In this document: positions 26,074 to 33,437 of the stretch, one piece after another
How the letters are laid out: each line of letters begins with the position of its first letter
Position numbering within the stretch: position 1 is the first letter of the stretch
Assembly: GCA_011524855.1 (NCBI GenBank)
Contig: WTJK01000033.1
Location: forward strand, 32,792-88,082
Origin: Methanobacteriota archaeon
Lineage (GTDB): Archaea; Thermoplasmatota; Poseidoniia; Poseidoniales; Poseidoniaceae
Direction: 5' to 3'
Length of the DNA: 55,291 bases
Translations under genes and position numbers: made by a program
Notes under the pieces: generated by a model
Database searches by the model: none
What the model saw: the letters and a program-made list of their open reading frames with translations, nothing else
What the model was told of the DNA's origin: nothing

Positions 26074-27489
26074 TCAATACAGATAGAAGGCTGGGAAGAT
26101 GACCACCCAAGCCAAGTCAACAAAGTGCCAGTACAGGCCGAAGTACTCAATGCCCTGGCCGTTGTTTTCATCGTAACCAACGGTGTCAGCCTTGAACACC
26201 AGGTAGAGCATGATGAGCAACCCAACAAACACGTGCAAGCCGTGAGCGCCGGTTGAAATGTAGAAGATGGAGCCGGCCTGGGTGCCGATGGTGAAACCTT
26301 CCGCTACCAAGTGGCTCCACTCGATGAGCTTCAGGACGATGAACATCGAACCGAGCAGGAACGTGGCCAGGAGGTAGTTGCGGACAGCAATCTTCTGCGT
26401 TGGCATCAACTTGCCCAGGGCGCCCTTGGGTGCCTCCCAGTTCTTGGCCTTGGCTGTCTTGAGGGCAAGGACGATGGTGTAGGAGGAGATGATGAGCGCA
26501 AAGGTGTTGACAGCGCCGGGAAGCATCGTCCAGAAGTCACCGGTTCCTGCGGCACCGTCGGGTCGGAGGTAGTCCGAAGCGGTCATCACGAAGTCGGGGT
26601 GTTCCTCATGGTGGTTGATCACCATGTTCGGGAACTCACGGCACGTGCCTTCGTCGTAGGACCACTTGGTACACCAACCGGTGCGCATACGCAGATAGGA
26701 CGAGAAGAAGGAGGCGAACACCATGATTTCCGACATGATGAACACCCACATACCGGCCTTTCGCAGGTGCTGGCCCTCAAAGGGGGCAGACGTAGCGATT
26801 TGTTCGCCGTTGCCGATGAAGGGCAGATCCTCACGCCACCAGTTGGCGATGCCGAGGGTGATGACGGTGAGCCCGATCATCGAGACCCCGAGGTCACCCA
26901 GTGCGAAGTCATCGCCACTGAGCATGTTGCCCAGCACCGCTTGGAACTTGGGGAAACCCATGAGGAACAGCATGATACCCAACGAGAAAACGATGGGTGA
27001 GCCTGAACCGTGGTGCTCGTGGTCGTCGCCCCCGTAATGGTGGTCATCGTGGCCGTGATCGTCGCTGGGCTGGATGGAATTCACAAATCCACCAAGGGCC
27101 AGGAAGGCAGCGTAGGTGATGCACATCAACAGGATGGTCACACCGGCCGTTCGCCAGGTCAAGTAGGACAGGTGCGCCTCGATTTCGTCGTGGTGGGCCT
27201 TGTCGTAGGCTGCTTTTGCCTCTTCTTTGGCGGTTTTGAGTGCGCTCAGTTCAGCAGCCGTGGTGTTGTCGTCACCTTCCGCCAACTCGTAGGCGTTTTT
27301 GGCATCGTAATACACCTCCTTCGCTGCATCGTACTTGACGAGTTCTTCCTCGTAGTCGTGGTGCTTCACGTTGGCAACGCCAACACCCATGGTGGCGAAC
27401 GCCAACACACCAACGACCAGGAACACACCGCCCCAAACGACGGCGCGCATCCAGATGCTGTTCTCGACGTGTGCTTCTCCGCCGCTCAT
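26074..27489 (-). CDS. coxC: Cytochrome c oxidase subunit III with ~225-aa N-terminal extension
   Basis: C-terminal FYISTGAHGLHVFVGLLIM ... EYFGLYWHFVDLAWVVIFPAFYLY. The N-terminal extension has extra TM helices, a coiled region and DDHGHDDHHYGGDDHEHHG. Confidence 0.85.
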   Translation of the reverse strand: MSGGEAHVENSIWMRAVVWGGVFLVVGVLAFATMGVGVANVKHHDYEEELVKYDAAKEVYYDAKNAYELAEGDDNTTAAELSALKTAKEEAKAAYDKAHHDEIEAHLSYLTWRTAGVTILLMCITYAAFLALGGFVNSIQPSDDHGHDDHHYGGDDHEHHGSGSPIVFSLGIMLFLMGFPKFQAVLGNMLSGDDFALGDLGVSMIGLTVITLGIANWWREDLPFIGNGEQIATSAPFEGQHLRKAGMWVFIMSEIMVFASFFSSYLRMRTGWCTKWSYDEGTCREFPNMVINHHEEHPDFVMTASDYLRPDGAAGTGDFWTMLPGAVNTFALIISSYTIVLALKTAKAKNWEAPKGALGKLMPTQKIAVRNYLLATFLLGSMFIVLKLIEWSHLVAEGFTIGTQAGSIFYISTGAHGLHVFVGLLIMLYLVFKADTVGYDENNGQGIEYFGLYWHFVDLAWVVIFPAFYLY

Positions 27490-29828
27490 TCTTCAGCACC
27501 TCCTGCAGGTGAGGCGGACCAAAGCCGTTCTTTCAGCCCCGGCTCGTCCTTCTTCTCATGGTGGTGACCGTAGATCTCGTTCATGTCACGCTGCACGGGG
27601 AGGGCGTGGAACGAAGGCGTTGGCGGAGGTGAGGTGGTGGACCACTCGAGGGACCAACCGCCCCAGGGGTCCTTCCCGACTTTTTCGCCGCGACGGGCCG
27701 AGTACAGGATGTTCCAAACGAGGAGCAACTGGCTCAGACCGAAGATGAATGCGAAGGTGGAGACCGCAGCGTTGTACTCGGCGAAGCCGGACTCGATGGT
27801 GTACGAGTGGGTGCGCCGAGGCATGCCCATGATCCCCAAGGCGTGCATGGGCCAGAAGGCAGCGTTGTACGAAGCAAAGCCGATGAGGAAGTGCCAGAGG
27901 CCGAGGGTTTCGTTGAGCTTGCGTCCAGTGGCCTTGGGGTACCAGTAGTACACGGCTGAGAACAGCGCGAAGACGGTACCGCCGATGAACACGTAGTGGA
28001 AGTGCGCCACCACGAAGTACGAATCGTGGAAGTGGATGTCAAGACCCGCCACGGGGAAGAACATCCCCGAAATGCCACCCAGGGTGAACGTCACGAGGAA
28101 GCCCAAGGACCACAGGGTGTGGGTCTTCATGACGAGGGAACCGCCCCAGAGGGTGGCCAGCCAGTTGAAGATCTTGGCACCGGTGGGGATGGCGACCAGC
28201 ATGGTCATGATCATGAACAGCGCTCGCCAGAACGGATCCATACCGGAGGTCAACATGTGGTGGCCCCACACGATGAAACCGACGATGCCGATGCCGGCCA
28301 TGGCGATGACCATCGACTTGTAACCAAAGATGGAACGTCGAGCGGAGGTGGCGAGGACTTCGGACACGATGCCAAAGGCGGGCACGATGACCACGTACAC
28401 CTCAGGATGGCCGAAGAACCAGAACAGGTGTTGGAAGAGCAACGGATCGCCGCCGGCCACGAAGAACGTCGTTCCAATGGTGTGGTCGAACAGGAGGAAG
28501 GCCACGCCGATGATGAAGGCAGGCAGGGACATGAAGAGCATGAACACGCTGATGAAAACCGACCACGAGAACAGAGGCATCTTCATCCAGGTCACGCCCG
28601 GAGCGCGCATCGTGAACACCGTCGTGATGAAGTTCACACCACCGAGCGTGGACGAAGCACCCAGCATGACCATGCCGGAGATGAACGCTGTTGTGCCCGG
28701 ATTCGAACCGTAATCCGCCAAGGTTGACCCGAGGTTTGATTCGGTGAGACTGGAGTACGGCGGGTACATCACCCAGGAAATGTCAGCGGCTTCGCCGGAC
28801 CAAATACCGGTGAAGATGAGGGGTGCGGAGAACACGAGCAGCCACAGACCCATGGCGTTGATGCGTGGGAAAGCCAAGTCAGCTGCACCGATTTGGAGCG
28901 GCAGCACGTAATTCATGAAGCCTGCAATCATGGGCATGGCGGCCAGGAAAATCATCGTTGTACCGTGGAGGGTGAAGAACGAGTTGTATTCGTCGTACGT
29001 CAGGAAGTCGTTTTCCGGAATGGCGAGCTGGATGCGGAACAGCAGGGCCAACAACCCACCGACGAGGAAGAAGAAGAACCCGAAGAGGAAGTACATGATA
29101 CCAACTTGCTTGTGGTCGGTGGTGGTGAGCCATGGCTTGAGCGAGCCCCAGAACCGAGCGATGGTGAACGTTTCCGGCGAAGAGCGGTAGAACGTCCACA
29201 GGACACCGGTAAAGATGAGCGCCACGGCGAGACCGATGGCGGTAATGAAGATGACCAGAGCGCTGGCGCTGGGCGCCACGGCACCTGCGTTGACGCCGGG
29301 GATCATGATGTTGGCGACGTTCCAGTAGTCACCGCTTGAGCCACCGCCGCCGCCGGAGTTTCCGTTCACAGCGTTGCCGTAAACGGTCATCTCGACGTTG
29401 AGGTCGTCGGCTGCTGGTGCCGTCCATTCCACGGTCCACGAACGAACCAGGTTCCCTTCAGCGGTGTGGGTGAGGCCGCCGTCCATGATGTGGCTGAGGC
29501 TGTCGGGCACGGTGTTGACTTCACCTTCCGAGACGAGGATGCGGAAACCGCCGTAGGGCACGGTGCGTGCGCCGTCCGTGACGACACCGTCGCCTTCCAG
29601 GGCCATGACATCGTTGACGACCGTGACGGTGAACGTGTAGGTCTCGCTGGCGTTGTAAGTTTCGGGCAACCCGTCGACGATCACCGACGTGTCAGGGCTG
29701 GCGCCGCCGTGACAGGAACAGCCCTGATCACCGGCACCACCGATGCCGCCGGGGGCGGCCGTCATCTGGGGCGTGGCCACCAGGGCAAGCACCACAAGCG
29801 CCAACATCAGCGTGGTTCGGGAGCGCAT
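27486..29828 (-). CDS. coxA: Cytochrome c oxidase subunit I with ~225-aa N-terminal extracytoplasmic extension
   Basis: Canonical core: TDHKQVGIMYFLFG, WFFGHPEVYVVI, GMPRR, HFHYVFIGG. The extension begins with a signal/anchor helix and GDQGCSCHGG. Its ATG overlaps the coxII stop by 1 nt, and its stop overlaps the coxIII ATG by 4 nt. Confidence 0.9.
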   Translation of the reverse strand: MRSRTTLMLALVVLALVATPQMTAAPGGIGGAGDQGCSCHGGASPDTSVIVDGLPETYNASETYTFTVTVVNDVMALEGDGVVTDGARTVPYGGFRILVSEGEVNTVPDSLSHIMDGGLTHTAEGNLVRSWTVEWTAPAADDLNVEMTVYGNAVNGNSGGGGGSSGDYWNVANIMIPGVNAGAVAPSASALVIFITAIGLAVALIFTGVLWTFYRSSPETFTIARFWGSLKPWLTTTDHKQVGIMYFLFGFFFFLVGGLLALLFRIQLAIPENDFLTYDEYNSFFTLHGTTMIFLAAMPMIAGFMNYVLPLQIGAADLAFPRINAMGLWLLVFSAPLIFTGIWSGEAADISWVMYPPYSSLTESNLGSTLADYGSNPGTTAFISGMVMLGASSTLGGVNFITTVFTMRAPGVTWMKMPLFSWSVFISVFMLFMSLPAFIIGVAFLLFDHTIGTTFFVAGGDPLLFQHLFWFFGHPEVYVVIVPAFGIVSEVLATSARRSIFGYKSMVIAMAGIGIVGFIVWGHHMLTSGMDPFWRALFMIMTMLVAIPTGAKIFNWLATLWGGSLVMKTHTLWSLGFLVTFTLGGISGMFFPVAGLDIHFHDSYFVVAHFHYVFIGGTVFALFSAVYYWYPKATGRKLNETLGLWHFLIGFASYNAAFWPMHALGIMGMPRRTHSYTIESGFAEYNAAVSTFAFIFGLSQLLLVWNILYSARRGEKVGKDPWGGWSLEWSTTSPPPTPSFHALPVQRDMNEIYGHHHEKKDEPGLKERLWSASPAGGAEE

Positions 29829-30868
29829 CAGTACGCACCTCCAGCAGGCGGTGCGTTACCGGGCGTCTTCTTCACGCCGGTGTCGACCGCACAGGTGGTG
29901 CCTTCAGCAGCGACCACTTTGACCTGGCCGTACATCACCGAGTGCTGAGCGCCGCAGTACTCGGCGCATCGAATGGGGAAGGTGCCAGGGTCGTCGGCCA
30001 TCACGGTCATGACCGTGCCGCCTTCAATACCAGGGACCAGATCTTCCTTGACACCCCATTCAGGCAGCCAGAACGAGTGTTGAACACCGATGTAGTTGGG
30101 GTTGGAATCGTCCGATGGGCGGGAGTGCATCGTGAAAACGATGTCTTCGTCGCAGGGGATGATCATGTCTTCACCCAGCGCCGAGGAAAACGAGAACATG
30201 TTGCCGTTGGGGTCCATGCCGGGGATGTGCATCCACGTGTGGAGGAGGGCGCCGTCTGCGTCGGTCACTTCAACCGTGGCGAACAGCCGTGGGTTGAACG
30301 TGAGGGCGGCGTCTTGGTCTTGGCCAATGCCGGTGGTGCTGTCGATGCTGACGGGGTCGAGGTCGGCGCCGTCGATGGAGACGGTGAAGTTGGCTGCACT
30401 CGTACCGGTGGCAGTCACGAGGACCGTGTCACCGTTCCAGTCCACGTCGATGCCCGTGGAGGCAGGGTCGTCCTCCCAGGTCAGGGCGTCCTCGTAGTGG
30501 TATTCCCAAAACCATTGCTTGCCGATGATGGTCATGTTGTGAGCGTCTTCGTCGTCGGGAATGCTCCATACGGCGGTGTTGGACGCCAAGGCCATCATGA
30601 TGAGCCAGACCACGATGAGGGTGGGGAGGACGTAAAAGAAGACCTCGACACGGGTGTTGTGACGGTCAACGGGGAAAGCACCGACCTCGATATGGTCGAT
30701 GTGCGTGGTGTCCGGCTCGACGCCTTCTCGGTAGCGCAACACGGCCAAATAGAGCCAAGCGAACGTGAAGACACCCACGATAATGGCCCAGAACATGAAT
30801 TTATCATAGAGAACAGAAAATACCGTGTCTTCAGCGACCACGCAACCACCCTGTTTGACCGGCCGCAT
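29828..30868 (-). CDS. coxB: Cytochrome c oxidase subunit II (CuA) with an insertion in the cupredoxin domain
   Basis: Two N-terminal TM helices, GKQWFWEYHY, VQHSFWLPEWGVKEDLVPG, and CuA site CAEYCGAQHSVM. No cytochrome c (CxxCH) domain. Confidence 0.9.
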   Translation of the reverse strand: MRPVKQGGCVVAEDTVFSVLYDKFMFWAIIVGVFTFAWLYLAVLRYREGVEPDTTHIDHIEVGAFPVDRHNTRVEVFFYVLPTLIVVWLIMMALASNTAVWSIPDDEDAHNMTIIGKQWFWEYHYEDALTWEDDPASTGIDVDWNGDTVLVTATGTSAANFTVSIDGADLDPVSIDSTTGIGQDQDAALTFNPRLFATVEVTDADGALLHTWMHIPGMDPNGNMFSFSSALGEDMIIPCDEDIVFTMHSRPSDDSNPNYIGVQHSFWLPEWGVKEDLVPGIEGGTVMTVMADDPGTFPIRCAEYCGAQHSVMYGQVKVVAAEGTTCAVDTGVKKTPGNAPPAGGAY

Positions 30869-30872
30869 AAGC

Positions 30873-30898
30873 CCCCCTTAAGCGTTTGTTGAAGGGGG
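30873..30898 (-). promoter_or_regulatory. Hairpin in the coxII 5' leader that overlaps the purine-rich RBS-like tract
   Basis: The mRNA sense strand reads CCCCCUU-CAACAAACGCUU-AAGGGGG, followed by GCUUAUG: a 7-bp stem and 12-nt loop. The 3' arm ends 4 nt before the coxII AUG. Confidence 0.35.
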
Positions 30899-31073
30899 TT
30901 AGAATCGCGTACTGTTTCCCTTTCAGGCGAAACCACGAGGCCATTCTGCGCCCTCGAAATAATTGGTATGAACGAGTGAAAGAACCTCACAATTTTCGCC
31001 TCGGCGTGAAGCAACGCCGCAGACTTTGTCAGCCCCGTCCCCACGGTGGAGAAGCATGGACGTTGGGGGGTGC

Positions 31074-31382
31074 ATGCGCCCGACCCTGGATGGGGCCTTG
31101 TTGATGGACATCGATGTCCAACCCGGGGCCTCTCGCCAAGGCATCGTTGGCTTCAACACCTGGCGAGCTCGCCTCAACGTGGCGGTTGGAGCTCAAGCCA
31201 TCGAAGGTCGAGCGAACCGGGCCGTGGTGACGGTGCTGAGCGCGCACCTCGGTTGTGCGCCTGCCGAGGTGAGCATCGTGACGGGTCAAACCTCGCGCCA
31301 GAAGACGGTGCGGTTCGAATCGATGAGGGTTGAAGATCTTCTTCATCGCTTGAGGGTTGTGTTGGAGGCGTTGGACGGGTGA
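31074..31382 (+). CDS. DUF167 (YggU-like) protein
   Basis: LLMDIDVQPGASRQGIVG...LNVAVGAQAIEGRANRAVVTVLSAHLG...VSIVTGQTSRQKTV parallels E. coli YggU. Confidence 0.8.
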   Translation: MRPTLDGALLMDIDVQPGASRQGIVGFNTWRARLNVAVGAQAIEGRANRAVVTVLSAHLGCAPAEVSIVTGQTSRQKTVRFESMRVEDLLHRLRVVLEALDG

Positions 31383-31390
31383 ACGGCTCC

Positions 31391-31861
31391 ATGCCATCCG
31401 GTGGGTCCAACGCCACCGAGCGTTGGTGGTTTGCAGCGGAAGCGCTGGCTGAACAGCGCGCTCGCAATCGACAGCTGAGCGTCCCGTTGTTGGTCGAAGG
31501 GCGACGGGATGTTCGAGCCCTTCGTCACCTCGGTTTCACCGGTCCGCTGGAAACGGTCAACCGTGGATGGCCGCTTGAGCGTCTTGTCACTCACCTGTTT
31601 GAGCAGTACGGCGCCCGTCATCCCGTGGACGGGGGGCCCAGCGTGGTGTTGTTGATGGATTGGGACCGGACAGGGGGGAGGTTGCAACGCACCCTTCACG
31701 ACAAATTTCAGTCCCTTGACGTAACCGTGGATGAGTCCCTCCGACGGCGACTGATGGTCGCGTTGAAACCCGAGACGAAAGTGGTGGAGGGCATGATTGG
31801 GTTGGTCGATGCCTTGCTGCCGCTTATCGACGCCATCGATCAGTCCGAGCCGTCGATGTGA
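31391..31861 (+). CDS. Small Toprim-domain protein
   Basis: PLLVEGRRDVRALRHLGF ... VVLLMDWDRTGGRL (Toprim E ... DxD pattern). GTG 31379, which overlaps the DUF167 stop, is an alternative start. Confidence 0.6.
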   Translation: MPSGGSNATERWWFAAEALAEQRARNRQLSVPLLVEGRRDVRALRHLGFTGPLETVNRGWPLERLVTHLFEQYGARHPVDGGPSVVLLMDWDRTGGRLQRTLHDKFQSLDVTVDESLRRRLMVALKPETKVVEGMIGLVDALLPLIDAIDQSEPSM

Positions 31862-32298
31862 GGGTCCATCGATTCCTTGACCGTGTTCAACACCACGTGG
31901 GTGTAAGATCTGGCCACGCCTTCCAGCGTGAACACCGTTTTGGTCAGGTTGTCCAGGTCCTGCCGGTCTTTCACCCTGGCCAAGACGATGGAATCCCAGT
32001 CGCCCGTCACATCGTACACAGCAAACACGCGAGGGTCGGCTGCGATGCGTTGCTGGACGTCCATCATGCGGCCTTTGACGATGCGCAGACCGGCCATGAT
32101 GGTCATGGTCCAACCCAACGACTCGGGGGCGATGGCGGTTCGGTAACCGGTGATCACACCGTCGGCTTCGAGGCGCTTGAGTCGGTTGGTCACCGTGCCT
32201 TGGGCGACGCCGAGGTGTTTGGCAAGTTGACGTTGACTTGCTCGAGCATCCGACTGCAGCGCTTTCAGCAACCGTCGGTCGGTGGGGTCCAAGGTCAT
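31840..32298 (-). CDS. Lrp/AsnC-family transcriptional regulator
   Basis: LDPTDRRLLKALQSDARASQRQLAKHLGVAQGTVTNRLKRLEADGVI plus a C-terminal RAM domain. Confidence 0.9.
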   Translation of the reverse strand: MTLDPTDRRLLKALQSDARASQRQLAKHLGVAQGTVTNRLKRLEADGVITGYRTAIAPESLGWTMTIMAGLRIVKGRMMDVQQRIAADPRVFAVYDVTGDWDSIVLARVKDRQDLDNLTKTVFTLEGVARSYTHVVLNTVKESMDPHIDGSD

Positions 32299-33437
32299 GC
32301 TTCACGGTCGTGGTTGCTGCCCTTCAACGCTTCCGTTCCGTTGGGTGGAAGGGGTTGGAGCCAGACGTGATGCTGCCATGACCCCATTTCGGCCACATCC
32401 ATCGACACATCGAGGTGACAGTCTTCCTCGCACGAGCTTACGAAGCCGACTTGCAACGTTCGGGTGCTGTGGGGCTGGATGTCCAGGTTCGGTGGGCGCT
32501 TCTTGAATCGCCACGGCGGTTGAACCGACCAAGCGGTGAGGGACGTGGCAGCTGAGCCCGTGGTCACCGTGATGCCGATGCCGGCGTCCTCCGACCACGC
32601 TGCGTGGATGGTGGGCATGGCACGCTCCCGAAGGCGTACGTTGGTGATCACGATGCCCACCACCGTCAAGGCCACGAGCAGCACAGCGACCGTGAACCAG
32701 CGTTCCGAAGCGGGGGCGACGCTGTCGCTGCTTGGCAGTCGGTCCTCGGTGTAGAACAACAGTCCCGGTGCGCTATCATTTTCCAAACTCCCTCCGAACA
32801 CGGCAATGGCGTAGGTCCAGCCCCTGGAGGCTTGTGTGAGGTCAATGCCAGCAGCCAACAAGTGGTCTGCAGGGAACTGGAAGGTGGCGTTGGTGGTGGT
32901 GCCGTTGGTCAACGCAAACCCCACCTCAGGGCGGAGTTCGCGAACCAAGGCAGGTGCGGTCCGCCCGTGGACATCGGTCGCTGCATCGTCTTTCACCACG
33001 AGGTAGAGGATGGTTCGATTGCTGAGGTTGGTTTGCGGGGTCAAGGCCAAGTCAAGTGCCACCCAACGGAGGTCAAGCCCGTCCGACATCACCTTGATGC
33101 TGCCCGAAACATCGATCAGCTCGCCTTCCACCATCGGATGGCTGACCACCAGGGTTTCGTTTCGGTGAGGCACGGTGTCGTTGAATTGCCGAAGCCGATG
33201 GGTGGCGTCGTCGTCGGGCCAGTTGGAGTTGGTTTCATCGCTCCAGGTCCACCACGTCCAGACGGCATGACCGGCTGCCAACTCGGGTGGCGGTTGCACA
33301 TCAGGGGTGAGGAAGACCTCCTCCAAGCCTCGGTGGTTGGATGCGGTGACCGCAGCCTGGGCTTCAACGACGACCTCTTGCGCAGCGGCGGTCGGAGCGG
33401 TCAGAATCAACAGCACCAACACGAGGACGGCCCTCAT
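32295..33437 (-). CDS. Hypothetical secreted/membrane protein (signal peptide, ectodomain, one TM, ~120-aa cytoplasmic tail)
   Basis: MRAVLVLVLLILTAPTAAAQ signal and TM FTVAVLLVALTVVGIVI. The ATG at 33437 forms an ATGA overlap with the upstream methyltransferase stop, and its own stop overlaps the Lrp ATG. Confidence 0.6.
   Translation of the reverse strand: MRAVLVLVLLILTAPTAAAQEVVVEAQAAVTASNHRGLEEVFLTPDVQPPPELAAGHAVWTWWTWSDETNSNWPDDDATHRLRQFNDTVPHRNETLVVSHPMVEGELIDVSGSIKVMSDGLDLRWVALDLALTPQTNLSNRTILYLVVKDDAATDVHGRTAPALVRELRPEVGFALTNGTTTNATFQFPADHLLAAGIDLTQASRGWTYAIAVFGGSLENDSAPGLLFYTEDRLPSSDSVAPASERWFTVAVLLVALTVVGIVITNVRLRERAMPTIHAAWSEDAGIGITVTTGSAATSLTAWSVQPPWRFKKRPPNLDIQPHSTRTLQVGFVSSCEEDCHLDVSMDVAEMGSWQHHVWLQPLPPNGTEALKGSNHDREA

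Noticed and set aside
29709-29720. The CSCH motif in the CoxI extension read as a c-type heme attachment site
   Set aside because: Covalent heme c sites are CxxCH (rarely Cx3-4CH, CxxCK, or a single Cys). C-x-C-H has only one spacer residue and is not a known attachment motif. I kept it only as a possible metal/cofactor ligand cluster within the reeler-like domain.
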